This document shows positions 23,442 to 31,816 of a stretch of 32,000 nucleotides of DNA, in pieces. The position numbers and the translations under genes are program-made. Every line of letters starts with the position of its first letter. Positions within the stretch are counted from its first letter, which is position 1. Below the pieces are notes generated by a model that saw nothing but the letters and a program-made list of their open reading frames with translations, was not told the DNA's origin and made no database searches. Source of the stretch: Candidatus Saccharimonadota bacterium (lineage in GTDB: Archaea; Nanohalarchaeota; Nanosalinia; Nanosalinales; Nanosalinaceae); NCBI RefSeq assembly GCF_029232205.1, contig NZ_CP107255.1, forward strand, positions 390,001 through 422,000, in the 5' to 3' direction.

Positions 23442-24365
23442 TTACTCCTTCATCTGCTTCACATACTCGGAGGCATTCAGGCCGGCCTGACAACCCTGAC
23501 CAGCCGAAACCTGCAATTGCTGAACTCCAATATTGTTGACGTCGCCAGCTGCGTAAAGGCCTTCAACACCGGTCTCCATCTCTCCGTTAACCTTGATCTT
23601 TCGGGCCTCATTCTTCTCAACGAGATCTGTGATATCTGAGTTAGGCACTGTACCGATCTCCACGAAAGCACCTGTAACTTCAAGATCCTTGATCTCTCCA
23701 TCCTGCTCATACTTCAGGCCTTCAAGAAGATTCTCTCCGTAGAACTCAGTGGCCTCAGCACCTCTAATAACTTCAACGTTCTCGTCATTCTCTACCTTGT
23801 CAATAGTAATCTGCTCTCCCTTCAGTACTCCTGAACGGCTCAGAACATATACTTTCTCAGCAATATCAGAAAGATAGTCAGCGGCCTCCGTTCCAGCGTA
23901 TCCACCGCCTATCACAGCTACCTCTTCGCCCTGATAGAGAGGCCCGTCGCATACAGCACAGTATCCAACTCCTTTGTTTGCAAACTCTTCCTCTCCCTTG
24001 ATTCCAAGCTTTCTGCGGTGACCGCCAGTAGCAATAATCACGGAACGGCCTCTGAAGACTTCTTCATCCTCTCTTTCAACCTCGAAAATATCATCAGGTT
24101 TCCTGATGTCAGTAACTTTGTAGCCGGTTTCCTCATCTATATCGTAATCTCTCATGTGCTCAAGATATTCCTGAGCAAGATCCGGGCCTGAAATATGTTT
24201 GAAGCCTAGGTAGTTCTCAACTACATCTGTATTGTTTATCTGGCCTCCGTACTCGTCAGCTATAACTAGAACACTTCTGCCAGCTCTTTTGGCATAGATT
24301 GCGGAAGACTGAGCTGCTGAGGCCCCGCCTACAACTATTACATCGTAAATTTTATCCTCTGACAT
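23442..24365 (-). CDS. trxB: thioredoxin-disulfide reductase
   Basis: FAD motif VIVVGGASAAQSSAIYA. Redox-active CAVCDG. Second dinucleotide fold VAVIGGGYAG. I start it at ATG 24365, which has TATTTTGA 24 nt upstream. The track start is 24389. Confidence 0.85.
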   Translation of the reverse strand: MSEDKIYDVIVVGGASAAQSSAIYAKRAGRSVLVIADEYGGQINNTDVVENYLGFKHISGPDLAQEYLEHMRDYDIDEETGYKVTDIRKPDDIFEVEREDEEVFRGRSVIIATGGHRRKLGIKGEEEFANKGVGYCAVCDGPLYQGEEVAVIGGGYAGTEAADYLSDIAEKVYVLSRSGVLKGEQITIDKVENDENVEVIRGAEATEFYGENLLEGLKYEQDGEIKDLEVTGAFVEIGTVPNSDITDLVEKNEARKIKVNGEMETGVEGLYAAGDVNNIGVQQLQVSAGQGCQAGLNASEYVKQMKE

Positions 24366-24542
24366 AATGTGTGCATTGCCCCTCAACATTCAAAATACCT
24401 CGGTTTTAGATGAAAAACTCCAGAAATTTCGGCCGACTTATACACTTAAAACTTCTAGGCCACAATTTCTCATACACATCAAAAATGTGCGGCATTGAGG
24501 AAACCCATGTCTGGTTTCTGAGATCCAGCATATCTTCGATAT

Positions 24543-24613
24543 GCGGCATTGGTCCAGTGGTACGACGTCACGTTGCCAACGTGGAGACCCGGGTTCAAGT
24601 CCCGGATGCCGCA
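24543..24613 (+). tRNA. tRNA-Gly (anticodon GCC)
   Basis: Acceptor GCGGCAT/ATGCCGC, anticodon stem TCACG/CGTGG with loop TTGCCAA, T arm CCGGG-TTCAAGT-CCCGG. 71 nt with no encoded CCA. Confidence 0.9.
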
Positions 24614-24670
24614 TCGTGTTACGCTACGATCGCGCAATAGTCCATTCAGGAAATGGCCTCTGATTCTTCA

Positions 24671-25333
24671 TTAATTAAATCTGATCAAAGAGCTCTTCTC
24701 GAAAACTATTTTCTTACCAAACTCCTGGTAGGCCTCTGGTGGTACACCAATATCAGCGACCAAAATTCTTCCTGAATTACCTTCCGACATTTTATCGAAA
24801 GGTGCGGCCAGCGTAACGGTAGTGTCGGGATTAACCGCGGGACGGAAAATATCTCCAGTCTCGGCTGAAAGGCCTGTAGCAATATCAATGCTGAAAACCT
24901 GCTCAAAACTGTTGATCTCGCGGATCATTGAATCAAATGGAGGCCTTGGATCTCCAGAAAGACTGTAACCTATCAGGCCGTCAATAGCAACAGGATAATC
25001 TTTCTCTGACTCCTGAATATTTATCTCGATATCCATTTTCTTCAGTATCTCCAGCTCCTCTTTTCTCTTGCCTTCGAGGTTTTCAGAGGCCAGAACTACT
25101 TCTACCTGGAAATCCCAGTTACTGAGTCTTCGGGCTGTAACCATGCCATCGCCTCCGTTGTCGCCTTTTCCAACGTAGACAGAAACTTTTCTCTCAACTG
25201 CATGATCTCTGACGGCCTCTGCTACCTGAAGGCCTGCGTTCTCCATCAGTCTGCCTGTGGAGATGCCGTATTTTTCAGGTACTATTCTATCTATTTCCTC
25301 CATTTGGGCCTTCGACACCGCTTCCATTCTCAT
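24671..25333 (-). CDS. nnrE: NAD(P)H-hydrate epimerase (YjeF N-terminal domain only)
   Basis: GKGDNGGDG motif. 220 aa with no C-terminal dehydratase domain. Confidence 0.8.
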   Translation of the reverse strand: MRMEAVSKAQMEEIDRIVPEKYGISTGRLMENAGLQVAEAVRDHAVERKVSVYVGKGDNGGDGMVTARRLSNWDFQVEVVLASENLEGKRKEELEILKKMDIEINIQESEKDYPVAIDGLIGYSLSGDPRPPFDSMIREINSFEQVFSIDIATGLSAETGDIFRPAVNPDTTVTLAAPFDKMSEGNSGRILVADIGVPPEAYQEFGKKIVFEKSSLIRFN

Positions 25334-25370
25334 ATCTGAATTTTAGGACAGAATCAGGTAAACTTTTCCC

Positions 25371-26378
25371 CTAGACGGGTATGAGGTTTGTAGCTCCGAA
25401 GGTTTCGGTTATCATCCAGATCAGGAAGGCTGCATAAATCAGAAGCAGGAAGTAGGCCTCTTTTCTGTAGAGTTCAAGGTCTGTTCTCAGGGTTGTGAAA
25501 AGCGAGATGGTGGCGAATGTCAGGAATCCAAACATTGGAACGGCCACTGCATAGTTGACTGGTGTGGCGCCGGCCAGTAGAACTCCGGCAGGTATGGCAA
25601 TCAGGAGATCGAATACGTTACTTCCCAGGACGTTAGCCATGCTGGTAACTCCTTCTCCATCTTTCGCGGCCTTATAGCTGACTACTGTGTCCGGAAGGCT
25701 GGTTCCCGCAGCGACAATCGTTAGGCCCCAGAGGAATGAAGGCGTATTGAAAATGTTGCCGAACTCTACAGCACTTCTTACAAGGCCTTCAACACCGATA
25801 ACAATCAGTACAAGGCTTGCTGCAAGTAAAGCCCACTGTTTTTTCTCTGCTATGTTTTCTACTCTTTCAGGCCCTCCGTCTTTCGTGTCTTCGTACTGAA
25901 TGAATATGTAAAGGCCGTAGACTGCTACAGGGATAAGTGCCAGCCATCTTGTAACTTCTCCTCTGAGCTGGCCTGGTAGAGGATTGTAGATGACGGCCAT
26001 GGAGAATGTAAGAAGAAGTACTGCTATGGAGAGCATGTAGAACTGGGCTTCCTTGTATACAATGTCTCTGTTGGCGTCAATCATTTTTCCGTTTGCAATC
26101 ACGCTGACTGCGGGTATTAGAAGTATGTTGAATATTGCAGATCCTACGATCGCTCCGATACCGAGCTCGAAGTTTCCGTGAACTATAACAGAGATAACTG
26201 TTGAGGAAAGCTCTGGAAAGCTGGATCCTATTGCCGCGATCACTGCTCCCTGAACCACGGCAGGAAGACCATAGTAGGCCGCTAGTTTCTCGCTGGTTTC
26301 TTCAAGCAGGCTGCTGGATTTCCAGATTAGAACTGTCGAGATAGTTGCCAGCGCTATGTAGTACAGAAGGCCTGCCAT
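25371..26378 (-). CDS. Ca2+/cation antiporter (CaCA, YrbG-like Na+/Ca2+ exchanger)
   Basis: Two alpha-repeats, GSSFPEL and GTSLPD. About 10 transmembrane segments. TATAAAAT on the minus strand (26402-26409) lies 24-31 nt upstream of the ATG. Confidence 0.85.
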   Translation of the reverse strand: MAGLLYYIALATISTVLIWKSSSLLEETSEKLAAYYGLPAVVQGAVIAAIGSSFPELSSTVISVIVHGNFELGIGAIVGSAIFNILLIPAVSVIANGKMIDANRDIVYKEAQFYMLSIAVLLLTFSMAVIYNPLPGQLRGEVTRWLALIPVAVYGLYIFIQYEDTKDGGPERVENIAEKKQWALLAASLVLIVIGVEGLVRSAVEFGNIFNTPSFLWGLTIVAAGTSLPDTVVSYKAAKDGEGVTSMANVLGSNVFDLLIAIPAGVLLAGATPVNYAVAVPMFGFLTFATISLFTTLRTDLELYRKEAYFLLLIYAAFLIWMITETFGATNLIPV

Positions 26379-26704
26379 ACACGTAACTTTTACGGCGGCT
26401 GATTTTATACTGTGAGGTTGAGGGAAGGAAAAATAGAGAGAAAAAATGTGGTGATTATATGTGGTCGGTGTGGTAGGTCTTTAACTTATCACCCTTCAAG
26501 TGGTTATGTCAGGTTTTGATTTCTCCAAGCCTTTCTAAGGCCTTGATTTCATGGCAGCGTTGATTCTAGTTCTTCTAGTGTATTTTAGTTGTTTTATTGT
26601 AGGCAGTTTTGTCCTGTGATGGATGAGGCCTGCTGGTTTCGGTTGAGTCCTTGTGCCCGAGGCCCACTGAGTTGTGAGCCAGGCCAGGTTTCCCCAACCT
26701 ACTA

Positions 26705-26727
26705 ATCCTGTATCAGAAATACAGGAT
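26705..26727. other. perfect 9-bp hairpin in a long spacer
   Basis: ATCCTGTAT-CAGAA-ATACAGGAT. It is immediately preceded by the small hairpin AGGTT-TCCCC-AACCT (26686-26700). Confidence 0.5.
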
Positions 26728-26875
26728 ATTCAGCTTGGAGATATACTTATTAAAGAAGCTCACATTGCCCCTAGATACGGTCGCAATACTGGTGCTCGTT
26801 GGATGGGCTCCGTGAGTCATATCTCTTATTTGTGATCTGGGTTTTATAAAAGTTTGCTGACAATATCTGGTGACT

Positions 26876-27676
26876 TCAGGAAAAATACGGTAATTCCTCT
26901 ACAGCCATGCTGAACCTGCCATTCTGGTAAAGTGCAACACCGAAACCGGCCGCGATCAGCACTGGAACAGGATTCAGGTAGTAGAGGTTGATGAAACCCC
27001 ACAGAAATACGAAACTGACCATGTCATCCAGCATGTAATCGGTCGATCTCAGACGGCTTTCAACATCGATATCGCGGAAAACATACTCCAGTACAAGCAG
27101 ACATATCGAGGCCGAAAGCAACCAGCCTGTAAAGTTGGAAAGCGGAACACCGTAGAAAAGGCCTCCTCCATAACTCCAGATTCCGAGGGCCACGGCCGCA
27201 GGATCAAGAACTGCATCAATCAACAATACAAGGCCCACTCCTGCTAAGAACCTCTCCCAGAAATCTTTCAGATCGTAGAGTCTTACCAATAGGAAGCTGT
27301 TAAGCACCAGGGGCACGAAGAAGACTGGGAGGCCTACAGGAACGCCATGAACCATAGGACCCAGACTGATCAGATACGAGAAATCGCCGTAAGGCCATCC
27401 CGTGCTCAAGCCCACGAACTCGATAAGATATGCATACAGCGAGATTGCCAGAATTCCTATTCCTGCCTTTCTATCAATCAAAGGCCTCAGGCCCGCTATC
27501 AATGGAGTTCTCATTACCAGTGTTCCGAAAAGTATGAAGAAGGGATTGAACTCGAGAAAACCTGGTAGAAGGCCTTCAGCAGATGCCAGAAATGTTGCAG
27601 CTCCGACAATAGGAAAAACCACGGATATTGTAAATCTGTTTTCTGAAACCAGTTCCTCAAGCCTATCCATGAACAA
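26876..27676 (-). CDS. cruF: CruF-like carotenoid biosynthesis membrane protein (bisanhydrobacterioruberin hydratase family)
   Basis: STGWPYGDFSY...GP...GVP and LDPAAVALGIWSY are typical of the Caroten_synth/CruF family. 14-nt overlap with the upstream lyeJ-like gene. Confidence 0.65.
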   Translation of the reverse strand: MFMDRLEELVSENRFTISVVFPIVGAATFLASAEGLLPGFLEFNPFFILFGTLVMRTPLIAGLRPLIDRKAGIGILAISLYAYLIEFVGLSTGWPYGDFSYLISLGPMVHGVPVGLPVFFVPLVLNSFLLVRLYDLKDFWERFLAGVGLVLLIDAVLDPAAVALGIWSYGGGLFYGVPLSNFTGWLLSASICLLVLEYVFRDIDVESRLRSTDYMLDDMVSFVFLWGFINLYYLNPVPVLIAAGFGVALYQNGRFSMAVEELPYFS

Positions 27677-28496
27677 GCACCCACAGACCGGCCAGAGTCA
27701 GAACCATTCCAGCTAGAGAATTGATGTAGGGATAATACCAGTAGGCCTCCGAATCACTGAGATTGGAAAGATAGAAACCAATACAGAGCAGAGGATAAAT
27801 ACTCATCAAAGCTCCTGCATAAAGATTGTAGAGGCCTGCAAGCAATGCGGCTACGGTCCAGAGAACAGTACAGTAGATGAAAGTATTCTTTCTCTCAAGG
27901 AAAGTAGCCGTGGTCGAAACACCGGCCTCCCTATCGGGCTCAATATCTGGAATAGCGGAGAAAGTATGCATCGCCATCGACCAGGCCCAGCCAGCAGCCA
28001 GAACTGTTAAAGGAGGCCAGCTACCGGTAACAGCGCTGTAAGCTACTCCCAACGGCAGGATGTAGAGGCCATTGCTGATAGAGTCCAGGAAAGGCCTTGC
28101 CTTGAACCTGAACGGTGGGGTGCTGTAAGCAACCGACAATGCAAGGAATCCGATCATGAATGGCCATGCAGCTCCTGCAAGAGGTACAGTCACAGGGATT
28201 GAGGTTACTGTTGCTGCCACTATGATTGAATCTGTGAAGCTGCTGGCCCTGTAGGCCTCTTCCTTATCATCCTTCTTCGGGTTTTTCTCGTCGATATCCC
28301 TATCGAAGTAATCGTTGATTCCGTACAGCATGATGTTGGCGGGAATCAAAAAGTAGAGGAATATCAGGAAGTTCTCAACAGTAAATAATTGTTCAACTGA
28401 TTCTGCGCCAAGAACCATTCCAAGGATTGCAGGGCCTGCCAGATAAAGCCAGAAACGAGGCCTTGACATTTTCAGTATGTATTTCAGGTCATTCAA
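27663..28496 (-). CDS. lyeJ: UbiA-family prenyltransferase, lycopene elongase (LyeJ)-like
   Basis: SRPRFWLYLAGPAILG N-terminus and NDYFDRDIDEKN (NDxxDxxxD). It sits between the desaturase and cruF, as in the haloarchaeal bacterioruberin cluster. Confidence 0.7.
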   Translation of the reverse strand: MNDLKYILKMSRPRFWLYLAGPAILGMVLGAESVEQLFTVENFLIFLYFLIPANIMLYGINDYFDRDIDEKNPKKDDKEEAYRASSFTDSIIVAATVTSIPVTVPLAGAAWPFMIGFLALSVAYSTPPFRFKARPFLDSISNGLYILPLGVAYSAVTGSWPPLTVLAAGWAWSMAMHTFSAIPDIEPDREAGVSTTATFLERKNTFIYCTVLWTVAALLAGLYNLYAGALMSIYPLLCIGFYLSNLSDSEAYWYYPYINSLAGMVLTLAGLWVLVHG

Positions 28497-29964
28497 GGTC
28501 TTCTTCCACCTTTTCAGCTACGTGCTCTCCGCTGATCAGGCACATCGGCATTCCGATACCGGGATTGGTGTACTGACCTGTGTAGTAAAGGCCTGGCATC
28601 TTCTTCGATCTCTGTTTAGGCCTGAATACAGATGTCTGTCTCAATGTGTGAGCTATGCCGAGTGCTGTGCCGTTGAAGCTGTTGTAGCGTTTTTTGAACT
28701 CTTCTCCAGCAAAGATTCTTTCGTAATCGATCCTTTCTCTGAGGTCTTCGCCTGTGTTCTCAGCAAGATCATCCAGCACCAGTTCTCTGAACTCTTTTCT
28801 CTGTTCTTCATCAAGTTCCAAGTCCGCTGCGATTGGAACAAGAATAAACAGTGCGGAATGACCTTCTGGAGCCACTGTGTCATCGGTCTCTGAAGGATTG
28901 CAGACGTAGTATGCAGGGTTTTCTGGTAGGGCGGGTTCGTCGAATATTCTGTCAAAGTGATCGTCCCACTCCTCTGGAAGAACCAGTGTGTGATGATCTA
29001 GGTTCTCGAGATCTCCTTCAACACCTAGATACATCAGGAATGCTGAAGGAGCATAGGTCCTGGACTCCCAGTAATCTCTGTCATAAGTTGTGTATTCGTC
29101 CGGAAGAAGCTCTGTCTCGGCAAATGCATAGTCGGCGTTCGAAACTACAGCATCGCACTCGACTGTTCTAGTATCTGTTACAACTGTATTCTTTCCTTCG
29201 ACTCTGTTAATCTTCCTGACCTCTTCGTTTGTCGATATCTCTACGCCTTTCTCCTCTGCCAGCTCTTCCATGGCCTCGATAACGGAGTAAATACCTCCTT
29301 CAGGATAGTAAACTCCCATGTTAAAGTCAACGTGACTCATCAGGTTGTAAAGCGCTGGTGTGTTTTCAGGTGACCCTCCAAGAAATACAAGAGTGTACTG
29401 CATAACCTGCTGAAGCTTTGGATTATCGAAGTACTCCTCAACGTGATCCTGCATCTTCTTGATCAACGAAATCCCACGAGCATTCCGCAGAACATCCAGA
29501 GACACGTAGTCCCGGAAATTGTTTCTGTCTTTCAGAACAAACTCGTTCATACCGATCTCATAAGTCTCCTCGGACTTCTCAAGATATCTCTGGAACTGCT
29601 CTGCAGCACCGTCCTCGTACTCCTCAAAGAGCTCTCCGGCCTCATCAGGATCAGCAGGCACATCCATCAAGTCGCCATCCTTGAAGAAAATCCTGTAGTT
29701 AGGATCCAGGCGGTGAAGCTCGTAGAACTCCTCAGGATCACGATCAAACTTGTTGAAAAATCTCTCGAAAATATCAGGCATCAGGTACCATGAAGGCCCC
29801 ATATCAAACCTGTAGTCATCTTCCTCAAGCACAGAGGCTCTCCCACCAACCTCGTGATTTTTCTCTATTAATTCAACGTTGAAACCGCTGTCAGCGAGGA
29901 AACAGGCCGCTGATAGGCCTCCAAATCCTCCACCAACTACTATAATATCTTTTTCCGTGCCCAC
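28489..29964 (-). CDS. crtI: phytoene-desaturase-family carotenoid desaturase (CrtI or CrtD type)
   Basis: FAD fold IIVVGGGFGGLSAA, EVGGRAS and FDMGPSWYLMPD. GTG start. 8-nt overlap with lyeJ. CrtI and CrtD cannot be distinguished by eye. Confidence 0.8.
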   Translation of the reverse strand: MGTEKDIIVVGGGFGGLSAACFLADSGFNVELIEKNHEVGGRASVLEEDDYRFDMGPSWYLMPDIFERFFNKFDRDPEEFYELHRLDPNYRIFFKDGDLMDVPADPDEAGELFEEYEDGAAEQFQRYLEKSEETYEIGMNEFVLKDRNNFRDYVSLDVLRNARGISLIKKMQDHVEEYFDNPKLQQVMQYTLVFLGGSPENTPALYNLMSHVDFNMGVYYPEGGIYSVIEAMEELAEEKGVEISTNEEVRKINRVEGKNTVVTDTRTVECDAVVSNADYAFAETELLPDEYTTYDRDYWESRTYAPSAFLMYLGVEGDLENLDHHTLVLPEEWDDHFDRIFDEPALPENPAYYVCNPSETDDTVAPEGHSALFILVPIAADLELDEEQRKEFRELVLDDLAENTGEDLRERIDYERIFAGEEFKKRYNSFNGTALGIAHTLRQTSVFRPKQRSKKMPGLYYTGQYTNPGIGMPMCLISGEHVAEKVEEDLE

Positions 29965-29982
29965 ACGCTAGTTGTGAGCTAC

Positions 29983-29993
29983 TTATTTTAAAT
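29983..29993. promoter_or_regulatory. single AT-rich TATA-like element shared by the divergent crt operons
   Basis: TTATTTTAAAT lies 25-35 nt upstream of the crtB ATG (30018) and 19-29 nt upstream of the desaturase GTG (29964). The spacer is only 53 nt long. Confidence 0.4.
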
Positions 29994-30017
29994 CGGTTTT
30001 CGATAAAAATATTTGAT

Positions 30018-30836
30018 ATGGATTCTGAACTTCAGGAGGTCTTCAAAAACAACTCAACCTCCTACTACTACAGCAGCCTCTTTTTCCCAGAAAAAGTCAA
30101 AGAGGACGTATTCAAACTTTATGCATACGTAAGAACAGCCGATGACTTCGTAGATGAGGAACCGCAGGACGAGGAAGGCCTGAAAGAGTTCAGAGAAAAA
30201 ACAATGAACAACTGGGACTCAGGAAAGTCAGGGGACAAAATAGTTGACAGCTTCCTGGAAGTAGCCCGGAAAAAAGATTTCCACAGAGAATGGGTAGAGG
30301 CCTTCCTGGACTCAATGGAGGCCGACCTGCACAAATCAAACTACGTAACAATACAGGAAACCTTGGAGTACATCCACGGATCCGCTGAAGTCATCGGACT
30401 AATGATGGCTGCACTTCTGGAACTTGACGAAGACTCTTACCAGTACGCAGAAATGCTCGGAAGATCAATGCAGTACTGCAACTTCCTCCGCGACATCAAG
30501 GAAGACAACGAACTCGGAAGAGAGTATCTGCCGGACGAAGAACTGGAGAAATATGGTCTCGACGGCCTGGACGAAGCTGATATCGATGACGAAGACTTCA
30601 AGGAATTCATGAGAGACCAGATCCAGCTTTACAGAGAATGGCAGAAAGAAGCCGAAAAAGGCCTGAAATACATTCCTTACAGAGTCAGAATCCCGGTAAT
30701 TCTCTCATCCAGACTGTACAAATGGACTGCGAAAAAGATTGAAAAGAACCCGATGAAGGTTTACAGGAAAAAAGTAAGGCCTTCAAAGCCGAGAATTCTA
30801 TTCGAACTACTGAAATCTTTGAGAGGTCGAAACTAG
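30018..30836 (+). CDS. crtB: phytoene synthase
   Basis: YVRTADDFVDE and FLRDIKEDNELGREYLP Asp-rich motifs. 272 aa. Confidence 0.9.
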   Translation: MDSELQEVFKNNSTSYYYSSLFFPEKVKEDVFKLYAYVRTADDFVDEEPQDEEGLKEFREKTMNNWDSGKSGDKIVDSFLEVARKKDFHREWVEAFLDSMEADLHKSNYVTIQETLEYIHGSAEVIGLMMAALLELDEDSYQYAEMLGRSMQYCNFLRDIKEDNELGREYLPDEELEKYGLDGLDEADIDDEDFKEFMRDQIQLYREWQKEAEKGLKYIPYRVRIPVILSSRLYKWTAKKIEKNPMKVYRKKVRPSKPRILFELLKSLRGRN

Positions 30837-31816
30837 TGTACGATACTTCGGAGAATAAAGAAAAGATAATATCTCGCCTGGAAGACTGCAAGAAAAACTG
30901 TGAACTATCAAAATACGGCTGGGGAGAGGAAACAATTGAAATACTGTACGATCTCTCCACAAGAGGAAAAATGGTGAGAGGAAGCCTCCTCATGGATGCA
31001 ACAGAAATAATGGGCGGTGAAGAAGACAGCATACACTATGCAGCAGCCACAGAACTTATACACACCGGCCTTCTTGTCCACGACGACATAATAGACAGAG
31101 ATGAGAAAAGAAGAGGTGTAGACTCTGTACACGTCCAGTTCAGATCAGAAGAAATAACCGACAGACAGACAGAAAACCTTGCAATCTGCGCCGGCGATAT
31201 ATCATACTTCACAGCATACGAAATAATTTCACAGGCCTCCAATCTCGACTCAGAGGCCCTTTCAGAGTTCTCATCCACGTTTGCAAGAGTAGGAGTGGGA
31301 GAAATGTCGGACATAGTTCTCTCAGGAAGACTTGAAACAGTAGAGGACGAAGTACTGGAAATCCACAGAAACAAGACCGCATGCTACACCTTTGCAATGC
31401 CGCTGAAGATAGCATCAATACTTGCAGAAGGCCCGGAACTTGAGAAACTGCACGAGATAGGAATGAAAATGGGAGTACTCTACCAGATAAGAGACGATCA
31501 CCTGGACATCTTCTCAAATGAAGACGACACAGGAAAACCTGTGGCCTCCGACATACAGGAAGGAAAGAAAACACTTCACACAGAAATCCTCAGAGAAAAA
31601 ACCTCTGCAGGAGAAGAACTCTACGAGGAAAAAACAGTAGAAGAGGCCCGCGAAGTAGTCCGGAAAATGGAAGAATCCAGCGTACGGAAAGAAGTTGAGA
31701 AAAGAATCGAGGCCCGAAGAGCAGAAGTTATAGAGCTGATAGAGGGTCTGGAGAATCCTGAGCTCCGCGAACTGCTGAAAGACGTCCTCCAACTTGTAAT
31801 ACAGAGAGAAAAATGA
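30836..31816 (+). CDS. idsA: short-chain trans-polyprenyl diphosphate synthase (GGPP synthase-like)
   Basis: LVHDDIIDRDEKRRG and YQIRDDHLDIF followed by GKPVASDIQEGKKT. The GTG start overlaps the crtB stop (TAGTG). Confidence 0.8.
   Translation: MYDTSENKEKIISRLEDCKKNCELSKYGWGEETIEILYDLSTRGKMVRGSLLMDATEIMGGEEDSIHYAAATELIHTGLLVHDDIIDRDEKRRGVDSVHVQFRSEEITDRQTENLAICAGDISYFTAYEIISQASNLDSEALSEFSSTFARVGVGEMSDIVLSGRLETVEDEVLEIHRNKTACYTFAMPLKIASILAEGPELEKLHEIGMKMGVLYQIRDDHLDIFSNEDDTGKPVASDIQEGKKTLHTEILREKTSAGEELYEEKTVEEAREVVRKMEESSVRKEVEKRIEARRAEVIELIEGLENPELRELLKDVLQLVIQREK

Noticed and set aside
24410-24640. 76-aa plus-strand ORF
   Set aside because: It reads through tRNA-Gly (24543-24613), so it is an artefact.
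26551-26619. The 22-aa hydrophobic peptide ORF as a type I toxin
   Set aside because: No convincing TATA box or ribosome-binding site lies at the right distance. Hydrophobic mini-ORFs arise easily in T-rich DNA. I kept it only as a note inside the spacer finding.
26611-26700. A possible box C/D sRNA (GTGATGGA as the C box, CTGA at about 26667 as the D' box)
   Set aside because: The box spacing (about 40 nt between C and D') is far from the archaeal ~12-nt guide spacing. No clear C' and terminal D boxes are present.
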